From Lama glama (Eukaryota), in the NCBI GenBank assembly GCA_028534125.1, contig CM052817.1, positions 58,902,001 to 58,966,000 of the forward strand: 64,000 nt of DNA, read 5' to 3'. Both the position numbers and the translations under genes were made by a program. Positions within the stretch are counted from its first letter, which is position 1. Each line of letters begins with the position of its first letter. This document shows positions 25,801 through 39,344 of the stretch, one piece after another. The notes below the pieces were generated by a model. That model searched no databases. It had not been told where the DNA came from and was given only the letters and a program-made list of their open reading frames with translations.

Positions 25801-27990
25801 TTTGGGATGATTTGAGGAAGATAGGTATTAACTCTTCTTTAAATGTTTGGTAGAATTTAACTGTGAAGCCATCTGAACCTGGACTTTGGTTTCGGAATTT
25901 TTTTATTAATGATTGAGTTTCATTACTAATAATCAGTCTGTTCTGATTTTCCAGTTCTTCATGATTCATTCTTGGAAGATTGTATGTTTTGGTAATTTAT
26001 CTATTTCTTCTTGTTTGTCCAGTTTATTGGTATATAATTGCTCACAGTAGTCTCTTATGACTCTTTATTTTCCTCTGGTATCAACTGTAACTTAGCCTCT
26101 TTCATTTCTGTCTTTATTTATTTGGGCTCTCTCCCTTTTTTCTATCAATTAGTCTGGCTAAAAATTTATCAATTTTGTTTATCTTTTCAAAGAACGGGCT
26201 TAGTGTCATTGACCTTTCCAGTTTCTCTTTTAGTTTCTGTTTTATTTATTTCCACTCCAATCTTTATTACTTCCTTTCTTCTACTAACTATAAGCATTGC
26301 TTGTTCTTTTCTAGTCCTTTAAATGTACACTTAAATTGTTTATTTAAAATTTTGTTTGTTTCTTGGGCTTGGTCTCTTATCACTATGAACTTCCCTCTTA
26401 GAACTGCTTTTGCTGTGTTCCATAGGTTTTGGACATTTGTATTTCCATTTTCATTTTGAATCAAGCTATTTTTTAAATTTCTTCTTCAGTTTGTTTTTTA
26501 GCATGTTGTTTAGTCTTCACTTGCTTGTGTTTTTTCTTTTTTTTTCAGTTTTCTTCTTGTAGTTGATCTCTAGTTTTATACCATTGTTGTCAGAAAAAAA
26601 AATGCTTAATATGACTTCACTCTTCTTAAATTTATTGAGACTTGTTTTGTAGCCTAACATGTTATCTATCCTGGAGAATGTTCCCTGTGCACTTGAAAAA
26701 AAAAATTCTAAGGTGAATTTCTTGTAGGTGGAATATAGATGGTCTTGTTTTTTAATACATTCAATACCCTGTGTCTTTTGATTGAAGCCTTTAGTCCATT
26801 TACATTTAACATAATTATAGGTAAACATGTACTTATTGCTGTTATGGTAATTCTGGGTTTTTTGTTTGTTTTTTTAGTTTTTCTCTATTCCTATCATCTT
26901 CTTTTGTGATTTGATAGACTTCTTTAGTCTTATGTTTGGATTCCTTTCTCTATAAATCTTGTGTATCCTTTGGAAGTTTTTGTTTTGTGGTTACCATGAG
27001 GTTCATGCTGTGTGTGTATATATTTATCAACCTGTATATTATAGCTGTCTTTTTTAAGCTGATTGTCACTTAAGTTCAAATGAATTCTAAGAAAGACATT
27101 TTTACCCCCCACAAACATTTTATGTTTTTGACATCATATTTTACATCTTTTTATTTTGGATGTCCCTTATTATTTATAGTAGTTATAGTTGATTATACTA
27201 TTTTTGTCTTTTAACCTTAATACTAGCTTTTTAAGTGGCTGACCCACTCTGCCTTTAATATATATTTGCTTTTGCCAGTTAGATTTTTCCTTTTATACGT
27301 TTTCTTATTTCTATCTGTGGCCTTTTCTTTACCACTTAAATAACAAAAAGACCCTTTAACATTTCTTGAAAGGTCTATTTAGTGATAATAAGAAACAGTT
27401 ACCTCTCCTTCAATTCTGAGTGATAATCTTGCCAAATAGAGTTCTGGGTTGTAACATTTTTTTCTTTTCAGAATTTTAATTATATCTTAGCACTCAATTC
27501 TGGCCTGTAAAGTTCCTGCTGAAAAAGTAACTCATAGTCAATTGGGTTCCTCTTGTCTGTGATTGGTTGGTTTTGTTTTTTGTTTGTTTGTTTGTTTTTT
27601 ATTATTACTGCCTTTAGATTCTCTCTTTGTCTTTAACTTTTGCCGTTTTAATTTTAACATGTCTTGGTATGGATCTCTCTCAGTTCATCTTGTTTGGGAT
27701 TATCTGTGCTTCCTGTATCTGAATATCTGTTTCCTTTCCCAGAGTAAAGAGGTTTTCAGTCATTATTTCTTCAAATATGTTTTCTATCCCTTCCTCTGTG
27801 TCTTCTTCTGATACCCCTATGATGTGAATGCTGATACACTTGATGTTGTCCCAGAGTCCCTTAAACTCTTCATTTAAAAAAAATTCTTTCTTTTGCTGTT
27901 CTGATTATGTGATTTCCACTATTCTATCTTTCAGATTACTTATCTGTTTTTTCCTGTATCTTCTAATCTGTTGTTTATTGCCTCTAAATG
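22855..27990 (-). mobile_element. About 5.1-kb 5'-truncated laurasiatherian-type L1 (3'UTR, degraded ORF2, inter-ORF spacer, ORF1 C-terminus)
   Basis: Minus-strand ORF2 remnants: [25 protein letters not shown]...LSLFADDMI (RT), SPGSDGFTVKFYQTFKEELIP, FFSSAQGTFSRIDNMLG...SDNNGIKLEIN (EN). Many stops and frameshifts. Confidence 0.95.
24811..24997 (+). mobile_element. L1 3'UTR fragment in opposite orientation, nested in the large L1
   Basis: tatgctaagtgaaataagtcagagaaagacaaatactgtatgatat...; nearly the same string occurs in the + strand L1 at about 58473-58512. Confidence 0.85.
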
Positions 27991-29074
27991 TTACTTCAGC
28001 AGACACACTGGTATTTTAGAGAACTGCTGTGTGCAGGGAGGTAACCAATCTTTACTAGCTTCATGAGAAATTTGGGGCATAGTGTTAGAGGTGACACTAT
28101 ACATCTTCCTCATGATCAACTTGAGAATGTTAATATAATCTATAAGTAACATAAGAAATTGATTTCATGTTAAGCTATATTCTAAAATCATAAGGTATCT
28201 TATATTCTTATACCTGCTGTGACTCACCTATATGCTCTACTGCCTGAGATTTTTGTAATGTATCCTTTTTAGTTATTTTCATTATTACATTTGTATAAAA
28301 ATAATAATATTTTTACTCTTCCTTGTTGATATAAGAAAAAATATTCAAAGGTGTCTCTGCAATCTCTCTCTCAGACCTGTCTTTGTGGATTACTGGGTGC
28401 TATAGCCACCCATATTCTTCTGACTCCATTGCTTTCCCACCATACTTGTTTTCCAGTCTGTGATGATTCACACCATTTCTCTCACAACTCTGCAATGACT
28501 TCTCTTTGTTCTTAAGACAGAGCCCCTATTCTTTAAATGGACCAACAAAAGACCCTTCATTTCTCTTCTCCCTTTTTTCTGGCCTAACAAGGCCAATGCA
28601 GCTGCAGGGTAAACCTATCTATTTTCTAGATTCCTCACATTTGTTAATTTACTCAAAACAGAAATATTCTTCTTGATTTTGGTTAACTATGAATGAGAAA
28701 AAGTGTTCAACTACAAAAGGCTAAGGGCCAGAGATTAGATTTTTTTCTTAAGAAACATTATTTTACTAATATATTTGTGTTTTGAAAATTTCTTGAATAT
28801 AGTCATAAATATATTTTACTAGTGAGTAGATCTCAAATACTAACATTTACAGAATCATTTAGATTGCATTGACCTCAGAGCTCTGCTGTTTTAATTAGAG
28901 GAGATGAGACAAGAGAGAGTACCCTCTGCCATTGTAAAGAAACAGCACAGCCTTGGCTGCTGATACCAGAATAAGGAAAGTCTGAATGGCTAAGAGTAGG
29001 TGATTGTGGGGATACAGAGAGGGAAGACAGAGGCAAGAAAGAAGTTTAAAGGGTCATGACCACTCACCTGCCCA

Positions 29075-29235
29075 GACTTTACTAATCGATCTAAGCATTG
29101 CGATACTCTTTACTGATTACTAGAAGAAACAAGATATTGGTAAATATATGAATTTGATGAATTGATAATTTGGTAAATTGTTGTTTTCAGTGAACTGGCC
29201 ATTTTGTGAAGTGGCTTTCAGTGCGTTGAACCATC
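29075..29235. mobile_element. Ancient non-autonomous element with a roughly 16-bp internal period (Helitron1N_Mam-like)
   Basis: About six degenerate units like tttggtgaattggnca, preceded by actagaagaaacaagatattggtaaat. Family assignment is from memory only. Confidence 0.4.
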
Positions 29236-29424
29236 TGTTTAAGACAAACTCACCCTTCCCCTTATTATTCTAATCATACTCACTTCCTTTCGGCTCTTCT
29301 AGTTGCATTCCCTTGTTTATTATTAACTATTTCCTGTTGTTCAATTCACTTCTTACTATTCTGCAGAATAAACTCTTACTTTTCAAACACAGGCTTAGAA
29401 GTCAGTTCTCTGGGAAGTCTTCTT

Positions 29425-29885
29425 TAGTTCCTGTATTGATCAAGGATCCTAGTTCAGAAAAGAAGTCTACTCCAACAATTTTACACACTAATAACATGGA
29501 TTTATTAAAGTAGGGCTAACTCTTGAATGTGAGAAATTGGCTCAAGTTGCAGGCTATAGGCTGATCTTTTAAGAACAACTCCTGAAACTACACCAAAGTA
29601 ATGCACTTCCGAAGGAACTATGTCCTTTGTCAAGATCAAGCTTCATTCTCAGGAAGTTCCTGATCCCATTTTCACCAAAGCTCCTGACCCCAGAACGGAA
29701 CAACTCCCCCCATGATTCATGTAAGCAAAACATATGCCATCTCCCTTTGATTTCCCCTTGGGTGAATACATTTTAATTGGCAGGACTCACCTAGTTTCTG
29801 GGTAGATTTGGAAATGGAGTTTTAAGCTTTCGAGCCCCAGTTTGACAAGAAGGCATTCTGAAAGTAGGATGACAGAGTCAATCCA
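29425..29885. mobile_element. Old MaLR/ERVL-like LTR remnant
   Basis: Starts tgtattgatcaaggatcctagttcagaaaagaagtctactcc, which has an MLT1-like character. Confidence 0.35.
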
Positions 29886-29892
29886 AAGAATC

Positions 29893-30215
29893 CCCTAAGT
29901 TCGCCCTCCACTGGTTCCCAGCAACAGGTGGCTGTTGGGCAGTTGGAATATGGCTAATGTACCTGAGGAACTGGATTTCTTATTTTATTTAATTTTAATG
30001 AATTTAAATTTAAAAATCAAAGAAGTACAGAATATTTATCTCTTAAATACAACCTGATTGTTTTGGAAGACTGTGTTTCACTTTAGCTGTTGTACTGTGT
30101 AAGACATTGCTGCTTAATCCTAGTGTGAATTTATATTTTACTTTTTAAAATATGATCACTAGAAAATTTTAAATTATACATGTGCCTTACATTACATTTC
30201 CATTGGATGGCTACC
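29893..30215 (+). mobile_element. MER119/MER33-like hAT-Charlie MITE
   Basis: gttcccagcaacaggtggctgttgggcagttggaatatggctaatgtacctgaggaactgg...aaatacaacctgattgttttgg...ctagaaaattttaaattatacatgtg...atttccattgga. Confidence 0.75.
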
Positions 30216-32669
30216 CTCACCCCCTAGATTGAGCTAGGCCTCACTGTGTGTCCACCCAGTACCCCATATTTCCCTAATCTTGACATTTACTTTTTAAAAA
30301 TAATAATTGCTACTATATTACTATATTTGTCTTATCTCTGACTTGTAAAATTACTGAGTAGAAATATGATATTTTCTATGACATTAGTTTTCCTAGTACA
30401 GCACCTACAAAAAAATAGATAATAAAATTATACCAAATGAATGTTTGAAAAGAATAAATGTTAAGAAAAAGAGCTAGGAACCCATGAAGCTTAAGGTAAA
30501 CCTTATGTTAAGATTTTATTGTTTTTTTAATCACTGCAAGCAATTACTTTTAAATAAGCTGTTAAGGTTTACCATTAATTTTCATAGATGAAAATTAGTT
30601 CATAAAAATATTTATTCATAAATTCCAAAAGACTGATAATTGGATATATCTTTCCTTTACATATTATATTATTTTTATTAGTTATCTTTTTTAAAGGAGG
30701 GACAGAAAAGAAAATGAGCTTTCTGGAATTTTTCATTAGAGATGCCACACTAGGATTGTAATTTAAAAATAGATTTCCATATAGATGCAACAATATGGCA
30801 TAACTCAATGCCACCTATAGATTGTCTCAGGGAGCATAAAATCATATTTTGCTGTTACAATATGAGAAGAAATTTATAGTGTTAATTTTAGTACAAATGA
30901 GAGATTAAAACAGTTGTTTCAACAGTGTTGCAAAATATAAACAGAAAAATTATTAACTTTAATTAGAAGTTTATTTTAATGAGGAACCCTTTTGGAAAAT
31001 AATATTTCAAAATTCTTGTGCTTTAATGAAAATGAGGGAGGAGGCTATTTCTTAGAACCTTAGGAGAATAGTCATTGAGAAAGTAGAATCTATGACATCA
31101 CATTTATTATGTAAACATAGAAATGTATGAGCCATGGGGATGAAACGTGTTGATGAGAGTGACAGAAGTCATGGAATAAATTTGGCACTAAAAGTAGTGT
31201 CAATTTTTTTCAAAAAAATTTTTTTGAGGAAAATGGGATCACAAAGAATGTAAGTGTAGGAAGTTGTCATAAGAAAATAATTAAGACCAAATTTAAAATG
31301 AATCTACTTAAAATGATGTATCAGTTTAAGGGAACTTCAAAGGAGCTTTGACTGGAATTTAAGCAAAAGGGTATTTATTGGCTGATGTAATGAAAAAAAT
31401 ATTTCTGAATCATTGAATTGTCTTCTACATTGTAAAATTAATTGATGAAACATTATAAAAAACTGTATTGCATTAAGTCATTCTAAATTGATTCAGTAGT
31501 AGTTAATGAGGATTTTATGTTCCCACAAACAGCACATCAATGCTTCTAAAGGTAATTAATTAATTGGGTCCATACACATTTTTCCTCCTCAGTGATATGC
31601 TTTGACAATATATATGATTAATCTCCTTACTGTTTTATTTAATTTCTACTGTCATTCTTTATGGTCTATGTCTTTTTTTTAATATCTTAAATTTCTAAAA
31701 GAACATACATTTTCAAATTATTTTGTATTTAATTCAGGAAGTTCCATATCACTGACTATCTAAATTAAGTATCCCCATCATATTTTTTGAAAGATCATTT
31801 GGACGATACACCTTTGTAAAGCTAATAAGACACTTCAGAAATGTCCATATGGAGTAAAAATGAAGTTAAGCAACAAAGACATTGCATTTAGGTTGAGTCA
31901 TTTATAAATGATTAAATTAGTCAAATAGTGCAATGCTTTTTACTAAGTGTACTGTACAGTGGCAGGGCTGGGTCAAGGAAAACATAATGTGTGATTTGGG
32001 TATGTCTTCAAGTAGAGCACAGTCCAGAAGCATTTCCCTTTCCATCCAAAGCCATGCCCATCTTTAAATGTCTCCCAAATCTAGGTGGACGGAATAAGTG
32101 AAAGCAGACTTGATAGAGGCCCATACCTTTGGATCCTGCAGTATTTTCATGCATTTGTAACACAAAAAGCAGAAGCGGTAAAAGCTAGTTATATTTTAAA
32201 TTTGTTGCCAAAAACTTTGTATTTTAATGCCTAAAAATTGACCAATTGTATGAAGGTTAAGATTTTCTTAAATTTTGCAATCAGTATATAATCTATCAAA
32301 GAATTTTTTTAGCCTGACATGGAACAAGTAAAATGCAAGGTTTGTACTGATTTAGAACACAGACAAGGAATAAATGTTTCACAAAATCAAATGGCAGTAA
32401 AAAAAAAAAATTGTCTATTTAAAAAATATTAAATTCTCTTTAATGGCAGTTTTATATTATAGTTATATATGTACATTAATTTTACTCATATATGTTTGAT
32501 TATGTTTAATTGTTAATAAATACTTAATAAATAATAAGTTAAAGTATATAGTATATTTAATAAAGTTGTGTCAGTTATTAACTTCTATTGTGATAGTCAT
32601 AATATCTAGTTTAAAAAAATCCCTCAGGTTTTAAAAAGTTGGCTAAATGGAGCAGAAAATATTAACAAG

Positions 32670-32805
32670 AACAATTTCTAAACAACATTTACTGAGAGTT
32701 TACTATGCACCTGACACTGTGTTAATCACTCTATGTGTACCAGTCTTAATGAATATTTCCAACAGCCCAATGATATACCTACTTTTCAGCATCCTCATTT
32801 ATAAT
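32670..32805 (-). mobile_element. MIR SINE fragment
   Basis: aacatttactgagagtttactatgcacctgacactgtgtta...catcctcattttata. Confidence 0.7.
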
Positions 32806-33579
32806 GGCACCCCCCAAATAACAATTTCTGTTTGGACATGCCGCATATTGTAAGAATTACATTTCTCTATTTTTCTTGGTAGCTGCTAACCAAATCACTA
32901 TTTGACAGTGGCTCAAGCCTGCATCTTGATCAAAGCAGAATGAGAATGGATCTTCCACTTTATATGTAGAAATAACCTATAAGCTCAGACTCTTATGAAT
33001 AAATGAATGAATGATTCCTGTTACCGTGCTGAAGTATTTAGGGTCCAGGGCTCAGTCACAAAACCTACAGCTATTTCAGATGGGGATGAAAGAGATGAAT
33101 TAAATTGAAATACCTGTTGCACATGGAAATATTAGCTGTCATTATCAATGTGAAGGTTTATACGGGTCATAAACTCATGTTTAAATTTATAGATTGCACT
33201 AGGGAGGCAAATCTTGCAGTACCAGACGTAGAATTTTTTTTTTCGCTGCATAAAATAGATCAGTTTTTCCTATTAGTTGAACTATTGTTGTAAACTGGCT
33301 GATGATATCATGGGATTACAGATTTGACTTGTGAATTTCTGATATTTTTAATGTATTAATTTGTGGCATATGTAATGTGTGTGGGGGGGTATTCTTGAAT
33401 GTGCTCATAAGTTCTGTGATGCAAAAATTTTAATATTTCCTTCCAAAGTGACCTCAATAGATGAAGTATTTTCAGGATAATGAAATTGCACTATGGTTAT
33501 CATATTGTAACAACTCAAATATAAAAAATAATAAGAGATCAAGTATAAGATTATCATTAGCAGGATATTACAATTTATC

Positions 33580-33735
33580 AAATCATGAGTTCACAATTCT
33601 TTTTTTTTCTTTGTGATGAGAACTCTTAGTATTTACTTTCTTAACAGCTCTTGTATGTATGTATGTATCACACAGCAGTGTTAACTATCGTCATCGTATT
33701 GTAATTACACCCCTGGTAGTTATTTATCTTCACAA
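33580..33735 (-). mobile_element. L1MA9-like 3'UTR fragment
   Basis: ttgtgatgagaactcttagtatttactttcttaacagc...cagtgttaactatcgtcatc. Confidence 0.7.
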
Positions 33736-33944
33736 TTCTTAATGAGGCAGAACACCCTGCTAATGCTGATGAAGTTGCTCTTCATAACTCAGGTTCCAAA
33801 TTGCTCACTTTACTTCTTTTGGCTCATCAGGGCGGAACTCCAATTATATACTAATCTCATCTTATTTTTAGCACTTTTTTATTTCATAATGCAATCAATA
33901 GAAATGTGCCTAATACAGATATTGGTCTCTGTTGGTGTCTTGCT

Positions 33945-34990
33945 TGTACTAGTTAGGATGGTCCTTTGGCTGTTGTGACAGAGATCCAAAACAACTATCA
34001 GAAAAAAAAAAAAAAGACCAGAATGATGAAGAGAGTCTGCCCTACAAAGTAATCAGGCTCCATGTTTCTTTTTATTTTTATTATTTAAAAAAATTTTTTA
34101 ATTGAAGTATAGTCAGTTATATGTCAGTTTCTGATATACAGCTTAATGTTTCAGTCATACCTACATATATGCATATATTCATTTTAATATTCTTTTCACT
34201 ATAGGTTACTATAAGATATTGAATATAGTTCCCTGTGCTATACAATATAAATTTGTTTATCTATTTTATGTATAGTAGTTGGTTTCTGCAAATCTCGAAC
34301 TCCCAATTTATCCCTTACCATCCCCTTTCCCTCTGGTAACCACAAGTTCATTCTCTATGCCTATGACTCTGCTTCTGTTTTGTAAGGAAGTTCATTTGTG
34401 TGTGTGTGTGTGTTTTTTTTTTTTTTAGATTCCACATAAAAGCAGTATCATACCGTATTTTTCTTTCTCTTTCTGGCTTCTTAGAATGACAATCTCCAGG
34501 TCCATCCATGTTTCTGCAAATGGCATTGTTTTATTCTTTTTTTATGGCTGTATGGAGATTCCTTAAAAAAAATAATTAAAAATGGACTTACCATATGACC
34601 AGCAATCCCACCTATGGGCATGTATCTGGAGAAGACTATCATTTGAAAAGATATGTGCCCCTCAGTGTTCACAGCATCACTATTCACAATAGCCAAGACA
34701 TGGAAACAACCTAAATGTCCATCAATGGATAAAGAAGATATGGTGTAAATATATGCAGTGGAATACTACTCAGCCATGTTTGTTTTATCTTGCTCCTCTT
34801 CCCAGCTTAGGGGTTGCTTTCCTTTGCATGGTTCAAGGTGACTGTGTGTCACATTCACACAAAATGGAAGAACACTTTTACTTGCCTCTTTTACTTGCCT
34901 GCAATATGGTCTTTACTCTGTGTGATTCTAACCCTCTATGAAATGCTACAGGTTCCAGGGCTCTGAGAGAGAAGGGGAATGTGAATGATG
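33945..34990. mobile_element. MLT1-type LTR split by an L1 insertion
   Basis: tagttaggatggtcctttggctgttgtgacagagatccaaaac on the left; continues after the L1 as tatcttgctcctct...catggttcaaggtgactg. Confidence 0.5.
34070..34776 (-). mobile_element. Camelid-type L1 3' end with 5' inversion (twin priming)
   Basis: Minus-strand 3'UTR at 34070-34550 abuts a plus-strand ORF2 C-terminal/3'UTR piece at 34551-34776. TSD-like ccatgtttctttt / ccatgtttgtttt on the two sides. Confidence 0.9.
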
Positions 34991-35577
34991 GGAGGCAACT
35001 ACGTTGTAGACTTTGCCATGCTGTCAGGGGTGTCTCTCTGTTGTCTAGAGAGGCAGAATGACATTTTTGTTGTTATTATTCAAGAAGATTTCAAATGCAT
35101 AATTCCTACAAAGGACCCCGAGCCTTAATGTTGAACTTTAAAAAATATAATCACTGACCATGGATTCAGGAATCAAAAGAAATTGAGACTTTGTTTAAAA
35201 TATATTTCCTTGGCTTTCCTCACTCCCCTGTGTAAGATGTAAGGTACCTGAAAGCATTAAGGATCCACAGGACACAAGCAATGAACACTGAAATGAGAGT
35301 CAAAGAAAACTGGGAGATAATGCTAGTTCGATAGAGAGAGAGATTTCCATAGTTTTAATTTATCTATGAAGTTAAACATTTTCTTGGAAAGAATGTTGAT
35401 CAAGAAAAATAGTTTGGTCTGTAATATTAGGACACTGTGTAGGCAATGTCTTCAATTATAACTATAAAAGATACACGAATATGGAGCAAATTAACAGACC
35501 TTTCTGTATAATTTTGGATTAGTTGAGGCTTAAATATCCTTGATTTAGGCATTACATGTGAAATTATTTACATTAAT

Positions 35578-35793
35578 CAGTGGTTCTCAAACTGGGACAG
35601 TTTTGCTCCCCCAGGGACATTTGGCAATGTCTGGAGACATTTTTGGTTGCCACAATTGAGAGAAGGGTGCTATACATCTAATGGGTAGAGAATCCAAGGA
35701 TGCTGCTTAATATCCTAAAATGCCCATAACAGCTTCCACAGCAAAGAATTATCCAGCTCAAAATGTCAGCAGTGCCATTGTTGAGAAATCCTT
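35578..35793 (+). mobile_element. MER20 hAT-Charlie MITE, full length
   Basis: cagtggttctcaa...cagggacatttggcaatgtctggagacattttt...aaagaattatccagctcaaaatgtcagcagtgcc...ttgagaaatcct. Confidence 0.95.
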
Positions 35794-36379
35794 ATCTAAA
35801 TTATACAACAATGTGAACTTGCTTATAGCATGAAAAAAATATTTTTTAATCAGATGTAATCCATCTGGTTACTATGTCCATTGAGAGACTTGAAATGCAT
35901 TTGTTAGAAAATTGTATTTTAAAAATAGTATCCTTTTGGATTTGATGAGTTAGTCAAAAAAAGCATGTGATTATCTGAGAGTTGAACTTTAAAATAGTTA
36001 TTTAGGATTAACCATTTCAATATTAGTGAATAACTACATTGTTTAGTTTTAAAAAAATCAGTTTCAGCTTTTGGTCCTGTTAATAACTAGTAGAGACATA
36101 TACCTTAAAACAGTATAAATGTTTATGCTGATAATTCTACTTGCTACACTTCGCTATAATGATAGACTTCTAACTTTATCTAATAAGATAATAATTTTAT
36201 GAAGTAAGAGTTTTTCATAAGTCTCTCTGAGACAAAGCCCCATTTGAAAAAATTTAAAATTGTATTACAGCTAATATTTATTCTTTCAACAAATCCACAC
36301 TGATTGCCTAGTACTGTTCTTTTGTTCTGAGTGTTGGAGCTATAGCAATAAATTAAATGTCACCATGGATTTAGATAAT

Positions 36380-36520
36380 AAGCGCACACACATAAATACA
36401 CACTCATGGATGTACATATATCAGTATATACAGGAAACATACATTGATAAAAATATATCTATATATGCATTAATATGTGTATACATGTGCTGTGTTAATA
36501 CATGTATGCATATATTCTAT
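36380..36520. repeat. (CA/TA)-rich low-complexity tract
   Basis: Direct reading. Confidence 0.7.
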
Positions 36521-38099
36521 GTTATGCTAAAAATATGATACATGGAAAACCAAGTGCTCAAGTTTGAGACTAAAAAATTCTATGACAAAGTGATATCTGA
36601 GAAGAGATCTGATGAAAATATAAACACTATGAATCAAGTAGCAGATTTGATTGATACTTGATTTCTTTAGTCTTTAACATTTTTACCATAGTAATTACTG
36701 TCTATTGGGTCTAGAAAGCACCAGATATGAGAGTTTAATAGTGATTAGTGGTAAAAAATTATTGATGGTAGAAAATGTTTTGAGTAATAGCATTTGATAA
36801 TTCTAAACTAGATAGAAAGTCTTATGAAGATTTTATGATAATGTAATACATGGTTAGTGCCTCTAGATGTCAAATTATTGACTAGGATATAATTTTTATA
36901 ACTATGATTAAATAACTAAAGATTTGAACAGGAAATAATATGTTTGCTAAGGCAAGTTTATTATTACTGCAATTTATAATGCAAGACAATTTAATCATTT
37001 GTCCTTCATAAATATGAAGCCTAGGAATGGTCTCTATCCTCAAGGGGGTGACTTAAAAAAAATAAGTACAGCTAAGAATTGCACAGGGCACAGTATAGAC
37101 ACAAGTAGTGGAGAATTAATTCTACCTGGGGTAAACGAGGAGAGACCTTTGAACTGACTTGAACTCATCAACAGGCTTGCATAAATGGTGAGTTAGACTG
37201 ATTTAAACCATAGAAGGCTATAAAGCATTTAACTTGACCCTGCTTCACTGTAACAGTCCTGAGGTCTCATTTAGAGCTACTATATCAGGAAATCCCTCCC
37301 CACTGAATGAATGATTAAATAATTGTTACAGTCCTTTTAACTTTCCTTATATTTGAAACAATATAAAAAATGTCAGTTGGTATAGAAAGGATCTACTCTG
37401 GCCAATTTCTTCTGGCCAACTTCCTGCAAGATAGGAACATTTTGCTATTTATGAGAATTTTTACAAGTAAATTATGTGGAAAAAATACTGCTATTTTAAT
37501 CATTAACATATTCCCATAAAATTGAAGCATCATGCTTTGTATAGAAGTACCTTTCTTTCAACACATGAAGATCATGAATAATATGTATGTTCCTAAAATG
37601 TACATCATTTTTAGTTGCTAGAAGTATTTTCTTTAATAAAAAATTTAGTATTGGGTGTTATTTTTGACATAAATCATAACTAAAGAAAAATATTAAAGTG
37701 GCATTGTTATTAATATTAATTTAAAAGTAATTTACTTTTACAAATAAAACATTTTTATGATCTTTAGATAAAAATGAGAAGCAACTCTTAAAAACTCTTC
37801 TATAAGGACATGATATCCTTATGTTCCTTAATCTAGCATTCTTAATCTATTTAGTCTCCCACACAAATAAAAATAATACTTACTATTGTATGTAAAAATA
37901 TTTTTAATTGCCTGTGATTTATGAGACCATTTATTTTGAAATCGACTGTGCAGTCCAATAATTGCTAATAATAAATTTTTATTAACCCTTCAGTTTTGAT
38001 TTAATCTTTAACAAGTTCCCAAATCCAATAGACAATCAAATGTATAACATTTTTAATGTATATGCTCACACATGCTGATATTCTGTTTTTTGTATATGT

Positions 38100-39344
38100 A
38101 TTTCTTACTGAAGTATAGTCAGTTTACAATGTTGTGTCAATTTCTGGTGTATAACATAATGCTTCAGTCATACATAAACATACATATATTCATTTTCATA
38201 TTCTTTTTCACCATAAGTTACTACAAGATATTGAATATAATTCCCTGTGTTATATACAGTATGAACTTGTTGTTTATCTATTTTATATATAGTAGTTAGT
38301 ATCTGCAAATCTTGAACTCCCAATTTATCACTACCCACCCACTTCCCCCATGATAATCATAAATTTGTTTTCTAGTCTGTGAGTCTGTTTCTGTTTTGTA
38401 AATAAGTTTGTCTTTTTATTTAGATTCCACATACAACTGGTATCGTATGGTATTTTTCTTTCTCTTTCTGGCTTACTTAGAATGACAATCTCCAGGTCCA
38501 TCTATGTTGCTGCAAATGGAATTATTTTATTCTTTTTTATGGATGAGTAGTAATCCATTGTGTAAATATACCACAACTTCTTTATCCAATCATCTGTCAG
38601 TGGACATTTAGGTTGTTTTCATATATGTCTTGGCTATTGTAAATAGTGCTGCTGTGAACATTGGGGTACGTGTATCTTTTTGAATTAAGATTCCCTCTAA
38701 ATACATGCCGAGAGGGATTGCTGGATCATATGGTAAGTCTATTTTTAGTCTTTTGAGGAATCTCCATACTGTTTTCCATAATGGCTGCACCAAACTACAT
38801 TCCCACCAGCAGTGTAGGAGGATTCCCTTTTCTCCACACCCTCTCCAGCATTTATCATTTGTGGACTTTTGAATGATGGCCATTCTGACTGGTGTGAGGT
38901 GATACCTCATTGTGTTTTTGACTTGCATTTTTCTGATAATTAGCAATATTGAGCATTTTTTCATGTGCCTAATGACCATTGGTATGTCTTCATTGGAGAA
39001 TTACTTGTTTAGGTCTTCTGCCCATTTTTGGACTGGGTTTGTTTGTTTCTTAAGTTGTATGATCTGTTTATATATTCTGGAAATTAAGCCCTTGTTAGTC
39101 TCATCTTTTGCAAATATTTTCTTCCATTCGGTAGGCTGTCTTTTTGTTTTGCTTATGGTTTCCTTTTCTGTGCAAAAGCTTACAAATTTAATTAGGTCCC
39201 ATTGTTTATTTTTGCTCTTATTTCTATTGCCTGGGTAGACAGCCCTAGGAAAACATTGCTAAGATTTATGCTAGAGAATATTTTGCCTATATTTTCTTCT
39301 AAGATGTTTATAGTGTCTTGTCTCATGTTTAAGTCTTGAAGCCA
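38100..39344 (-). mobile_element. Young 5'-truncated L1 (camelid-type 3'UTR plus ORF2 C-terminus)
   Basis: ORF 38608-38979(-) encodes the ORF2 Cys-rich C-terminus [54 protein letters not shown]. The 3'UTR starts tgaagtatagtcagtttacaatgttgtgtcaatttctggtg. Confidence 0.95.

Noticed and set aside
25132..25969. Reverse-transcriptase-like ORFs
   Set aside because: They are fragments of a decayed L1 ORF2 with stops and frameshifts, not a novel or domesticated RT.
28260..28270. U12-type donor-like GTATCCTTTT (also near 35928)
   Set aside because: No convincing upstream exon or matching U12 branch point was found. About one such word per strand is expected by chance.
31738..31890. Acceptor-like ttttgtatttaattcag followed by exon-like sequence
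   Set aside because: Stops in all three frames within about 35 nt and no good donor.
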